From the NCBI GenBank assembly GCA_023229825.1, contig JALNYN010000005.1, forward strand, positions 1,933 through 65,932: 64,000 bases of DNA, written 5' to 3'. The position numbers and the translations under genes were made by a program. Origin of the DNA: Minisyncoccota bacterium. Its GTDB lineage: Bacteria; Patescibacteriota; Minisyncoccia; Phycocordibacterales; CAIJYI01. Of this stretch, positions 1-9,769 are shown piece after piece. Positions within the stretch are counted from its first letter, which is position 1; each line of letters begins with the position of its first letter. A model generated the notes under the pieces. The model searched no databases and had not been told where the DNA came from. It saw nothing but the letters and a program-made list of their open reading frames with translations.

Positions 1-47
1 AATGATATCGATTAAATATTAAAGTTTGAATACTCTATAAAAATATC

Positions 48-425
48 ATGGACAAGAAAAAAATGCTTATTGTCGAAGATGACGGATTGATCCTCGATAC
101 CTTGGCGCATCGGTTTCGGGAAGAAGGTTTTTACGTCACGGCGGTCTCTGACGGGGATATGGCCCAAAAGAATATTGCTGAAGACTGCCCTGATATTATT
201 CTATTGGATATTCTTATTCCCAAGGTTGACGGGATGAAAGTACTGACAGACCTGAGGGAGAATGAAAATGGCAAAAACGTTCCGGTCATCATTTTAACAA
301 ATCTCCCTGATTCTTCAAAAGTGGCGGAAGCCGTCTCTCATGGAGTATATGATTATCTCGTGAAAGCTGATTGGAAGTTGGACAACTTGGTAAAGAAGGT
401 AAAGGGCTATTTTCCGCAAGCGTAA
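48..425 (+). CDS. Single-domain response regulator receiver (CheY-like)
   Basis: LIVEDD acidic pocket, ILLDILIP phospho-Asp, VIILT, YLVK motifs. Confidence 0.9.
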   Translation: MDKKKMLIVEDDGLILDTLAHRFREEGFYVTAVSDGDMAQKNIAEDCPDIILLDILIPKVDGMKVLTDLRENENGKNVPVIILTNLPDSSKVAEAVSHGVYDYLVKADWKLDNLVKKVKGYFPQA

Positions 426-585
426 GGTTTGATTAACTTTTTCTGAAGAGATATAAAAGCTTCCATGTCCGCTTCATCCTTTATTTACGGTGTATTAACT
501 GATACTCAATTTTACGCAAATATCTTTCATTTTACGGACTTGAACGAGTTTTCCAATTTTTGAGTTTTTATATAATGAAGGCACT

Positions 586-1878
586 ATGAACAATATTATC
601 AAGAATATAGATGAGATCGGCATAACTCCGCTCCGGCGTGATGCGCTGAAAATTCTGGAGGCCGGGTATGAGGCTATTTTGACGTCCAACGCACTTCATA
701 ATTTCATTTCAATACAGGAAAATAAGGCAATTTTCGGAAAAGAACCGGAATCGATCGATCTCGCAGCTTGTGACCGGATATTTGTGGCTGCGATCGGGAA
801 ATGCGCCGTTGACGCGGGGATCGCACTTGAGGAAATTCTTGGAGATAGAATTACCGATGGGGTTGTCGTTGATATTAAATCGGGCGATTTTAAAAAATTG
901 CGCTCTTTTGTCGGAACGCATCCCTATCCTTCAGAACAAAATGTTGCCGCCGCAAAAGAGATCGTCGCCATGATCTCGAATCTGACAGAAAAAGATCTGC
1001 TTATCATGATCATTTCCGGAGGCGGTTCTTCTTTGCTTTCTCTGCCTCATGATATTTCGACCGATGATCTTACCAAGATCACGCGAGAAATAATGGACAA
1101 GGGCGCTCCGATCCGAGAACTCAATATTGTCAGAAAACATCTTTCGGATATACAGGGCGGACAGCTGGCAAAGATCGCCTTTCCGGCAAAAGTCATCTCG
1201 CTCATTTTTTCCGATGTTCCGGGAAACGATCTTGCTGTCATTGCTTCCGGTCCGACGATCATGGATGACAGCATGAGAGATGAAGCAGAGGCGATCCTGA
1301 CAAAATATAACATTCGCAGCGCCGTGGGCATGCCGGCGCTTGAAACGATCGAAACGCCGAAAGAAGAAAAATATTTCACAAATGTCAAAAATATGCTGGT
1401 CGTAACGAATGAGGTGGCGCTTCAGGCGATGGAGAAAAAGGCGGCATCTCTCGGATATAACGCAAAGATCGAAAATGACCGTGTGGAAGGCATAGCACGC
1501 GAATTTGGCGAAGAATTGGCAAGGAAAACATTACCTCCGAAAACCTGTCTTCTGTACGGCGGAGAAACCACGGTCCGCGTCTCGGCACATCCGGGTATTG
1601 GCGGAAGAAATCAGGAGTTTGTTCTGGGGGGATTGCCGTATCTTAAGGAGGATATGGTATTGGTTGGAGCTTCAAGCGATGGAAAGGATTACAGCGATGC
1701 CGGAGGAGCCATTGGAGATAAAGAACTTTTTGAAAAGGGGAAAGCGATGGGTCTTGATACACAGGATTTTCTCGCCAACAATAATTCGTTCGAATATTTT
1801 AAACGAGTCGTAGGACACATTCATACCGGCGCCACCGGAGCGAATGTGGCGGATCTATACTTTATTGTAAAAGGGTAG
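586..1878 (+). CDS. Glycerate 2-kinase, DUF4147/MOFRL (TtuD/GckA) family
   Basis: IGK, HPYP, ISGGGSSL, RKHLS..GG, SDVPG..IASGPT, GGETTV, GGRNQE, TGANVAD motifs. Confidence 0.9.
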   Translation: MNNIIKNIDEIGITPLRRDALKILEAGYEAILTSNALHNFISIQENKAIFGKEPESIDLAACDRIFVAAIGKCAVDAGIALEEILGDRITDGVVVDIKSGDFKKLRSFVGTHPYPSEQNVAAAKEIVAMISNLTEKDLLIMIISGGGSSLLSLPHDISTDDLTKITREIMDKGAPIRELNIVRKHLSDIQGGQLAKIAFPAKVISLIFSDVPGNDLAVIASGPTIMDDSMRDEAEAILTKYNIRSAVGMPALETIETPKEEKYFTNVKNMLVVTNEVALQAMEKKAASLGYNAKIENDRVEGIAREFGEELARKTLPPKTCLLYGGETTVRVSAHPGIGGRNQEFVLGGLPYLKEDMVLVGASSDGKDYSDAGGAIGDKELFEKGKAMGLDTQDFLANNNSFEYFKRVVGHIHTGATGANVADLYFIVKG

Positions 1879-1924
1879 ACAACGGAGCAATTGAACAATA
1901 GAACGATAGAACACCTCAAATTCA

Positions 1925-1954
1925 ACGACCGAGGTCTCCCTTGGCCGTTTTTTT
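1925..1954 (+). terminator. Rho-independent terminator
   Basis: aacgaccgagg...ccttggccgtt hairpin followed by T run. Confidence 0.6.
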
Positions 1955-1984
1955 GCACTTTTTTCTTTCATTGTTTACAATGGG

Positions 1985-2734
1985 ATGATGAAAAACAACT
2001 CTATACATTTGGTTTCGCTTAATATCGAACATGACAAGCATTACGATGCTGTTATCCCTTTTTTGAAAGAGCAAGATCCTGATGTGGTTTGTCTGCAGGA
2101 AGTTTTTGAAAAGGACGTTCCTCGATTTGAAAAGGAGCTTGGCATGCGCGGTTTTTTTTCGACTTTCTTTCTTTGGCCCGGTGAAGCTGGCGGCAATACC
2201 CTTATTCCGCTCGGCGTGGCGATCCTTACCAAATTACCCATTATCGGAACGCTATCACAGTACTACGCAAACGACCCCTCAAACTTGCATGAAAAGTCGA
2301 CGGGTATGGATGATAATGAGGCGAGAGCGCTTTTGTCGGTCGTTGTTGATGTCTCCGGCACGCGCTATACCATTGGTACTACGCATTTTACTTGGACGCC
2401 GAAAGGGAGCGTCGATGATCGACAGCGGCGCGATCTCAAAAACTTTTTTGAAAAAACAGATGCGTTCAAAGACGGCATCGTATTTTCCGGCGACTTCAAT
2501 GCGCCTCGCGGAAGAGAGATATTCGACGAGATCGCGAGACGGTTCAAAGACAACATTCCGCCCGATTACGCGACCTCTCTTGATCCGACGCTTCATCGCG
2601 CGCCTGAAGATGTGAAATATCTTATGGTCGACGGTCTTTTTTCCACCCCTGAATATTCGGTGAGCAACGTATCGCTCAGGTTCGGAGTAAGCGATCATGC
2701 CGCGATCGTTGCGGACATCAAAAAGAACAGATAA
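1985..2734 (+). CDS. Endonuclease/exonuclease/phosphatase (EEP) family protein
   Basis: SLNI, DVVCLQEV, TTH, GDFN, SDH motifs. Confidence 0.88.
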   Translation: MMKNNSIHLVSLNIEHDKHYDAVIPFLKEQDPDVVCLQEVFEKDVPRFEKELGMRGFFSTFFLWPGEAGGNTLIPLGVAILTKLPIIGTLSQYYANDPSNLHEKSTGMDDNEARALLSVVVDVSGTRYTIGTTHFTWTPKGSVDDRQRRDLKNFFEKTDAFKDGIVFSGDFNAPRGREIFDEIARRFKDNIPPDYATSLDPTLHRAPEDVKYLMVDGLFSTPEYSVSNVSLRFGVSDHAAIVADIKKNR

Positions 2735-2787
2735 TTTCTACAAGCGGAAAATGGCGGTGAGAATAAAATTTTGATATAATTAACATC

Positions 2788-3705
2788 ATGATCTACGCCA
2801 CCCAAACTTTGGAAAGCGTGCTCGAGCAGTACGAAAAACAAAAAGAGATACTCGAACGTGCGGAAATTTTGGTGTCATTTGCGAATGGCGACCAAGGAAT
2901 CGTCGGGATCGATGGAAGAGCCTATCCCTTGCCGAGCCGCGAGGATATCCAAAACCGCGCAAATGGCAACAGGGAAGTGCTTGAAACAAAGGTCCTGCAA
3001 GGTTTTTCACGGCTCATCATGACGCCCTTCGGAATGTCACTCGATCAATTCCATGAAAAAGTATCCGGCGTTATTCTCAAACATTCGGAAGAGGCAAAAC
3101 TCTTTGCGACAAAAAAAGATCTGAACGATCCGAACGAAAAACTTATCCCGGTCGACCTCGATGCGAATCAGCCATTTTGGCGATGGGATAAATATAAAGA
3201 TGCCAATAAAAATGGGACATTGGTTTACGATCCGATCGAATTTTCTGAAAAGCACCAAGGTAAAACGAAACTGCAGATACTCGCCGATACGACGGGAGGC
3301 GGGAGTTCCGGCTGGCGAGTTTCTCTTGTGGAGGACATTCCCAACCTGCCATTTGAAAAAGCGGGTAAAACCATCGGAGGAAGAAGGCAGATCGAAGCAA
3401 ACAAGTCGCCGATCGATTACCTCGCTTCCTTTCAATCGGATCGCAATTATGTGAACGAGCACGGTATGACCCCGGAAGATTGGGCAATGTATTTTCTTTC
3501 ACATCTTGAAGAAACCGATCAGATCATTGACGACTATGAGGGTGCTGGAAATGTTTCTTGGAATCTCGGCGGCTATTTCCCCGAAAACTCCGGCGTTCCT
3601 ACCGCATGTTTTGTACGCAGCGTTCGTCAGGTGCGTGCCGGCTGGCTGGGAGCCAGATATTTCGGTCCGGTGTATTGCGCCAGGTCTCTTGTGAGGATCA
3701 TTTGA
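2788..3705 (+). CDS. Hypothetical protein with C-terminal CLec-like segment; probable DGR target (variable) protein
   Basis: C-terminus GVPTACFVRSVRQVRAGWLGARYFGPVYCARSLVRI resembles DGR target ends; 3588-3690 has only 11 A in 103 nt. Confidence 0.55.
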   Translation: MIYATQTLESVLEQYEKQKEILERAEILVSFANGDQGIVGIDGRAYPLPSREDIQNRANGNREVLETKVLQGFSRLIMTPFGMSLDQFHEKVSGVILKHSEEAKLFATKKDLNDPNEKLIPVDLDANQPFWRWDKYKDANKNGTLVYDPIEFSEKHQGKTKLQILADTTGGGSSGWRVSLVEDIPNLPFEKAGKTIGGRRQIEANKSPIDYLASFQSDRNYVNEHGMTPEDWAMYFLSHLEETDQIIDDYEGAGNVSWNLGGYFPENSGVPTACFVRSVRQVRAGWLGARYFGPVYCARSLVRII

Positions 3706-3806
3706 CCCGAGATAGTTTTTTCCACTTAAATTTTAGGGTTTGCGCAAATTTTGTTCTATAATAAGTGCATAGACTCTTTGTCTCATCTAAAAATGTAGAA
3801 ATTCGC

Positions 3807-6101
3807 ATGTGGTTCTCAGTGAAAAAATCTCGAAAAATCATCTCGCTGACGTTTGCTCTTTTTTTGGCTTTTCTCGCCCTTGCTTTTTCCGCGGGCAATT
3901 TTTTTGGTCTGACCCCGATTATCGTAAATTTCACTCAAGCGAATACGGATACGGTTCCTCCGTTCATCAGCAATATGGCCGTCACTTCAGATAAGAATGG
4001 CGCCGCTTTGCTGTGGAACACGAATGAACCATCCGCGGCGGAATATTCTTGGGGGACCACTCAATCATATGAAGGGGGGACGGGTAGCGATCCCGTGTAT
4101 TCGACCAAACATCGCGTTGTTCTCAGTTCCATTGAACAAAACGTAACCTACCACTATAAAGTGGTCTCAACAGACACTGCAGAAAATTCTTCCGTGTTCA
4201 TCGGAACCTTCGTCATCGACAATGAAAGCGATACGGTCGCTCCTGCGAATCCTTCCGGATTCAAGGCGAGCGTATCAGGTGATTCCATAACGCTGACTTG
4301 GACGAACCCCCGCGACACGGATTTCGCTTCCGTGAAAGTCGTTCGCAGCATGACGAGCTACCCCAGCGTTCCTTCGACCGGTAACGTCATTTATGAAGGA
4401 AAAGCACAAAAGGTTATTGATACGACTCCCGCAATAGGGGTAAAATATTTCTACTCGATATTCGCGAAAGATCCTTGGGAGAACTATTCATCCGGATCTT
4501 TTACTTCCGCAAAGGTTGCAGCACCCGAGCCTCCGGTAGTAACTGCTCCGATCGCTCCTATCGACCCGCCGGTAAAGGCTGCTCCGCCGCCGACCGCTGT
4601 TCCGGTTAAAATTGCCACAACAACACCGACGACAACAACGAATGTTCCGACTGCCGCAAGCAGTACGGTCAGTGCGACGGCTTCGAGCACGCCCGTGTCG
4701 GCGACAACAGCGCCGGAAAAAGAAAAAACAACTCCTGCAGCTCCTTCCGTTTTTTCGCTTTCGCTTTCAGACTTTGAGTTCTACTCGAAGGGAGGTGCGG
4801 AGTCAAAATTAATACTTGAGGGCAATTCCATTTCCGCGGATTCCAATAAAAATATCAGAATATCAATTCCACTTAATAAGCTCCCGGTGGGTTTTCGTTC
4901 CGTCATATTAAAAGTCAACAACATCGAGAAAGGCAAGGACGAGTCTCAATATGTTTTTGCGGTAAACGGCGCACGTTCGGAGACGATAGTTGATCTCAAT
5001 GGAGAATCGGGATCGCACGCTTTTCAGATCGAAGTTTTAGGAAATGAAAAAAAAGTCCTTGCTGAAACACGCGGGGCATTCATTCTTGACGCAAAGCCGG
5101 CTCCGCTTCCTGTAGCAAATCTTCTCGCTCCGGCTCAAATCGTACAAGTCACGGAAACGATCGAAAAGGTCGCACCGAAGGCGCTCCCGATCGGTGTTGC
5201 CGTAAGCATGTCTCAGAGCGCCGTATTGGTGAGTAATATCGGTTCATTCTACGATGTTTATTTGATACTTCTGAAGTGCTTCGGCGCCATATTGGTATTC
5301 TTTGGAAAGAAAAAACCGAAATCGTGGGGCGTGGTGTATGATTCCGTCACGAAACGTCCGATCGATCCCGCATACGTGGTTATGGAGGATCTCAAGGGTG
5401 AAAAAAAGAAAAGCGCCATAACGGATATCAACGGGCGCTATGGTTTTCTCGCAGAGCCGGGCGCGTATTCCATTACCGCTAACAAGACTCACTACAAATT
5501 CCCGTCTCAGATATTGGCCAACAGAAAACGCGATGAGATGTACGACGACCTGTACTTCGGCGAGATATTCGATTCGACCGATAATGCCGTGATCCAATTC
5601 AATATTCCTCTTGATCCCGTAGAGTTCGACTGGAATGAGTTTATAAAAAATAAGGAACATCTTTTCACTCAGTATTCCAGGAAAGAAAAAATACGTTCAT
5701 TCGTATTCAATTTACTGTTTCTGATCGGTTTTTCGCTTTCGGTGGCATCAGTTATTTTTTCTCCGAGCATTTTTAATATTTCTATCTTCGCCTTCTATGT
5801 CATAAATATTACGTTCCAAATGCTTTGGAAACGCAAGCACAAAGTTACGGTTCTCTTAGGAAAGGACGGCAGACCGGTCTCATTCGCGATGATAAGCGCT
5901 GAATTGTCCGGATTATCCATTCCGATAGTTAAAAAAGTTACGACCGATATGCTCGGAAGATTTTATCTTCTTACGCAGCCCGGCGTTTACGATATAAAAG
6001 TTGAGGAAAAACAGGGAGACGAAACATATAAAGAAATTTATCGGATGCCCGAGGTCAAACTGGATAACGGCGTGTTAACGAACAATATCGTTGTTCGATA
6101 G
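3807..6101 (+). CDS. Large membrane-anchored surface protein: Fn3-like domains, Pro/Thr/Ala-rich linker, carboxypeptidase-regulatory-like domains, TM helices
   Basis: N-terminal hydrophobic segment; WNTNEP..YHYKVVSTD, LTWTNP Fn3 patterns; GVVYDS..PID, TDINGRY; start set to ATG 3807. Confidence 0.7.
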   Translation: MWFSVKKSRKIISLTFALFLAFLALAFSAGNFFGLTPIIVNFTQANTDTVPPFISNMAVTSDKNGAALLWNTNEPSAAEYSWGTTQSYEGGTGSDPVYSTKHRVVLSSIEQNVTYHYKVVSTDTAENSSVFIGTFVIDNESDTVAPANPSGFKASVSGDSITLTWTNPRDTDFASVKVVRSMTSYPSVPSTGNVIYEGKAQKVIDTTPAIGVKYFYSIFAKDPWENYSSGSFTSAKVAAPEPPVVTAPIAPIDPPVKAAPPPTAVPVKIATTTPTTTTNVPTAASSTVSATASSTPVSATTAPEKEKTTPAAPSVFSLSLSDFEFYSKGGAESKLILEGNSISADSNKNIRISIPLNKLPVGFRSVILKVNNIEKGKDESQYVFAVNGARSETIVDLNGESGSHAFQIEVLGNEKKVLAETRGAFILDAKPAPLPVANLLAPAQIVQVTETIEKVAPKALPIGVAVSMSQSAVLVSNIGSFYDVYLILLKCFGAILVFFGKKKPKSWGVVYDSVTKRPIDPAYVVMEDLKGEKKKSAITDINGRYGFLAEPGAYSITANKTHYKFPSQILANRKRDEMYDDLYFGEIFDSTDNAVIQFNIPLDPVEFDWNEFIKNKEHLFTQYSRKEKIRSFVFNLLFLIGFSLSVASVIFSPSIFNISIFAFYVINITFQMLWKRKHKVTVLLGKDGRPVSFAMISAELSGLSIPIVKKVTTDMLGRFYLLTQPGVYDIKVEEKQGDETYKEIYRMPEVKLDNGVLTNNIVVR

Positions 6102-6110
6102 ATCAAAATA

Positions 6111-6135
6111 AAGCCGTCCAAAAGGGCGGTTTTTT
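6111..6135 (+). terminator. Rho-independent terminator
   Basis: agccgtcc-aaaa-gggcggtt plus T run. Confidence 0.65.
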
Positions 6136-6169
6136 GCTTACAAGCCAAAAATATGGTAAAAATAGAGAT

Positions 6170-7501
6170 ATGGAAAATCAAAAAGTTACGATGGATAAGA
6201 TCGAATCCCTCGCAAAACGGCGCGGTTTCATTTATCGCGGATCAGAGATCTACGGCGGACTTGCCGGGACATGGGACTACGGACCGCTCGGCGTCGCGCT
6301 CAAAAAGAATATCAAAGACCTGTGGTGGAAACGTTTCGTCGAAGATAGAAGCGATATGTACGGCGTGGACGCGGCAATACTGATGAGTTCAAAAGTATGG
6401 GAAGCGGCAGGACACGTGGCGACATTTACCGACCCGATGGTGGAATGTGAAAAATGCAAAAAAAGGTTTCGCGCGGATCATCTTTCTCCAGACGGGAAAA
6501 CGGATTTTTCTTGGGTATGTTCGGAATGCGGACATTCCAATGGGCTTTTTGAACCTCGCCAATTCAACATGATGTTCAAGACATCCATCGGGGCGGTGGA
6601 GGATTCTTCTTCGATCGCGTATCTTCGACCGGAAACGGCGCAGGGGATGTTTGTGAATTTCAAAAACGTCGTCGATTCTTTTCATCCTCGATTGCCGTTT
6701 GGCATGGGACAGATCGGCAAAGCGTTCCGCAACGAAATTACCCCGCGCGATTTCGTGTTCCGCACTCGCGAGTTCGAGCAGATGGAGATAGAGTATTTTG
6801 TTAAACCGTCCGAATGGGAAGAACATTTCGAACTCTGGCGGAAAGAAATGCATCAGTGGATGGAAGATATCGGATTGCGAAAAGAAAATATCCACGAACT
6901 TGAAGTTGCAGACGAAGATCTGGCTCACTATTCGAAGCGTACGATAGACTTTGAATTTGATTTTCCGTTCGGTAAAAAAGAATTGTACGGTCTGGCGTAT
7001 CGCACTGATTTTGATCTGACAAGCCACCAAAAAGAAAGCACCGTTTCGTTGGAATATATCGACGAAGCGGAAAAAACAAAATACATCCCGCACGTGGTCG
7101 AGCCGACCTTCGGACTGGATAGAACGATCCTTGCCGTACTCTGTACCTCATACCACGAAGAAGATGTGGAAGGAGAAACGCGCGCCGTTTTACGCCTCCC
7201 GAAACAACTCGCCCCGATCAAAGTTGCGATCTTGCCGCTTTCCAAAAAAGAAGAACTTTCCGCCGTGGCGCGTCCGATCTTCGATACGCTGAAAAAAGAT
7301 TTTGTTGTTTCGTACGACGAAACGCAATCCATCGGCAAGCGTTATCGCCGTCAGGATGAGATCGGTACGCCGTATTGCATCACCGTCGATTTTGAAACTC
7401 TGAACGACAAAGCCGTAACCGTCCGCGACCGCGATACGATGAAACAGGAGAGGATAGCGATCGAAAAACTGCCTGAGTATTTGAAAGAGAAATTCCAATA
7501 A
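6170..7501 (+). CDS. glyQS: Glycine--tRNA ligase, alpha2 dimeric type
   Basis: LAKRRGF, YGPLG, LRPETAQG, FRNEITP, REFEQME, IGKRYRRQDEIGTP. Confidence 0.97.
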   Translation: MENQKVTMDKIESLAKRRGFIYRGSEIYGGLAGTWDYGPLGVALKKNIKDLWWKRFVEDRSDMYGVDAAILMSSKVWEAAGHVATFTDPMVECEKCKKRFRADHLSPDGKTDFSWVCSECGHSNGLFEPRQFNMMFKTSIGAVEDSSSIAYLRPETAQGMFVNFKNVVDSFHPRLPFGMGQIGKAFRNEITPRDFVFRTREFEQMEIEYFVKPSEWEEHFELWRKEMHQWMEDIGLRKENIHELEVADEDLAHYSKRTIDFEFDFPFGKKELYGLAYRTDFDLTSHQKESTVSLEYIDEAEKTKYIPHVVEPTFGLDRTILAVLCTSYHEEDVEGETRAVLRLPKQLAPIKVAILPLSKKEELSAVARPIFDTLKKDFVVSYDETQSIGKRYRRQDEIGTPYCITVDFETLNDKAVTVRDRDTMKQERIAIEKLPEYLKEKFQ

Positions 7502-7503
7502 AA

Positions 7504-7542
7504 AGTAAACGACCACCGGACCTGAGTCCGGTGGTCGTTTAC
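7504..7542. terminator. Long perfect hairpin, probable terminator of glyQS
   Basis: gtaaacgaccaccggac-ctga-gtccggtggtcgtttac. Confidence 0.75.
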
Positions 7543-7717
7543 ATTTTACTTATAGCTCGCCTATCGCACCCGATCGATCTATACCTCTCACACTTTTGTT
7601 TCAAAAAACACACAAGGCAAATTCTAGCATATGCCGCCTAGCCGGATTAATTTGGTTGATAATCGCTCGGACCATAGACCATTTTTCATCCAGTTTTATC
7701 CAAAACAAAAACGAGTA

Positions 7718-7877
7718 TCGCCGGACGGGGTTTGTAACCCCGTCCGAAACGTTTGGCGATCTTGATCGAGTCTGTGCTTCAAATTAACCATAAACGAAGC
7801 CTCCAAATGTTTCGGACAGGGGTATCCCGCTCGCAAGCGGGACCCCGCACGCTGCGGTGGCAACCCCAGTCCGGCGA
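7718..7877. repeat. REP-like paired palindromic element, family B (GCCGGACGGGGTTTGTAACCCCGT...), with nested insert at 7825-7860
   Basis: Homologous to 19222-19319 and 31822-31930; inverted termini tcgccggac...gtccggcga. Confidence 0.8.
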
Positions 7878-8231
7878 CGGGGCTGTGATCGGATCATATT
7901 TTCATTCGTATACAGATATTCATATATTATTTTTGCGATCAAAATTGCTGATTTCAACTTCGCAACATGACAATTCTCATGTATTTTTTTCATACACGCG
8001 AATTGTGTCAAAAAACGTCAAAAAAGGCTTGCGCTATCGAACTAAAACTACGATAGCACCAACCAAGTTAACGCGGCTATCACGCATATGCTAGAATTTG
8101 CCTACAAAGTGAGAAATAGAAAATTATTTTACAATTAAAAATTTTTTATTTTTTTTACAAAAAATCGCCGCGGTCCGAAGACTGCGGCGATAACTTTTTT
8201 CGATAGTGAATATCAATTTTTATGATATTGA

Positions 8232-9635
8232 TCACCAATTATTGGCGACGAATTCAGCAAGTTCGCTTCTTTCGCAGCCGACGAGCGTCACATGAGCGCA
8301 TCTCTGGCCGATCTTCGAGGATTCTACCGCATGGGTAAGTCCGCATGATTCGGCGGAAAGATACTGAGATGCAATTTGCCGGACATTTCCGAGAAAGACG
8401 AATTTCGTTCCCGGACCGGCGCGCGTGCCCAAGTCGAGCGCTTGTTTTGGCGTTAAATTTTCCGCTTCATCAACGACAACGAACTTTCTGTGGAATGTTC
8501 TGCCCTGCATCGGTCCAATGGAACGCATTTTGACGTAGCGCTTCATTAGATCCTGTGCCGTTTGTTTATGTGCAGCATCGATGCCTGATGTCAAAAAATC
8601 AAGGTTGTCGGTAAATGCCATAAGCCATGGAGCCATTTTCTGCTCTTCGTTGCCCGGAAAGGTCCCAGGGTCGATACCGATCGGCATGATCTCTTTGGTA
8701 ATAGTAATCTCGTTGTAGAGACGCCAGTCAATTACCTGCTCCAGTGCGGCAGCAAGAGTGAGGAGTGTTTTTCCCGACCCGGCTTTTCCGGCCCCGGAAA
8801 CGAAATGAATTTCAGGGTTCATGAGGGCATTCATAAAGAAGTTCTGCTCTTTATTGAGTGCATGAAGTCCCCAAACATTCTTATCTTTCGTATAATCATA
8901 AATAGTGCTGATGGTTGCGTAGCCTTCATAGTCGAGTTTGCGAACCATGAATTCTTGAATTCCTTCCTCTGTGATCAGGGTAAGAAATTGATTCGGAAAC
9001 CATGCGTTGGAAAGAGTGGTTTTTATATCCCAATACGTGAGTCCGTTCTCTTCTTTTTCGCTGAGCTTTTTGGTTTTTTTCCAAAAATTTTCCGGCAGAT
9101 CCGCCATTCCGCTGTAGAGAAAGTTGATATCGTCGATCGCTTTGGCTCTGGCGTACTCTTCCACTTTGACACCGCACATGAGCGCGGTGATCCGCGCGAT
9201 GCTATCTTGCGTTATGAAAATAACGTCAACGCTTTCCCCGAGTTTTTTTTGTAGTTCGCTCGCAAAATTTATGATGGGTGCATCGGGATTGAGCGGCATG
9301 AGCAGCAAGCTGGCATGACTTGATTCAAAAAATACGCGTCCGGTTTTTGAAGAAGGACCTTTTTTTCCGTAATAGGAAATAGCTTTGGATATCGGAAGTC
9401 CTTTTTCCAGATCGTCGGGACTGGCGCCGCGAAGAAGTTCGGAAAAATATTTGGTGGTGTGCCGAGCATTTTTTGCAAGTTCCGGTTTTCGGATATTGGT
9501 CTTATGATTATCCAGTTCGCGCATAACGGCGATAGGGACATAAATGTCATGCTCGTCGAAATTAAAAAGCGCGGCGGGATCATTCCCATAAATGCAGGTA
9601 TCCAGTACGAATACCGTTTCTTTTGTTCGCTTCAC
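8232..9635 (-). CDS. PIN-PhoH (PhoH2/YlaK-like) protein
   Basis: FVLDT..P.AL..FDEHDIYVP PIN domain; GKAGSGKT Walker A; QGRTF, DEAENLT; AAAGGAGG precedes GTG at 9635. Confidence 0.9.
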   Translation of the reverse strand: MKRTKETVFVLDTCIYGNDPAALFNFDEHDIYVPIAVMRELDNHKTNIRKPELAKNARHTTKYFSELLRGASPDDLEKGLPISKAISYYGKKGPSSKTGRVFFESSHASLLLMPLNPDAPIINFASELQKKLGESVDVIFITQDSIARITALMCGVKVEEYARAKAIDDINFLYSGMADLPENFWKKTKKLSEKEENGLTYWDIKTTLSNAWFPNQFLTLITEEGIQEFMVRKLDYEGYATISTIYDYTKDKNVWGLHALNKEQNFFMNALMNPEIHFVSGAGKAGSGKTLLTLAAALEQVIDWRLYNEITITKEIMPIGIDPGTFPGNEEQKMAPWLMAFTDNLDFLTSGIDAAHKQTAQDLMKRYVKMRSIGPMQGRTFHRKFVVVDEAENLTPKQALDLGTRAGPGTKFVFLGNVRQIASQYLSAESCGLTHAVESSKIGQRCAHVTLVGCERSELAEFVANNW

Positions 9636-9769
9636 GGGGCATCCTCCTTTTTGTGGTTTAGGGTGGTCAATAATTGATGAACTTTTCAAGGTTCAATATG
9701 ATGTCATCTACTATAAAACTACCGCATTAGCGAGTTAGCGTCAATGACGAATCTTGGCACATTTAACCG

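Noticed and set aside
4520-4750. Pro/Thr/Ala-rich low-complexity stretch as a mobile or tandem repeat
   Set aside because: It is an ordinary flexible linker in a surface protein with no exact DNA periodicity.
7545-8160. Possible ncRNA or small genes in the long glyQS-phoH intergenic region
   Set aside because: Apart from the family B repeat and terminators, no recognisable RNA motif is present; the short ORFs run through the repeat and look spurious.
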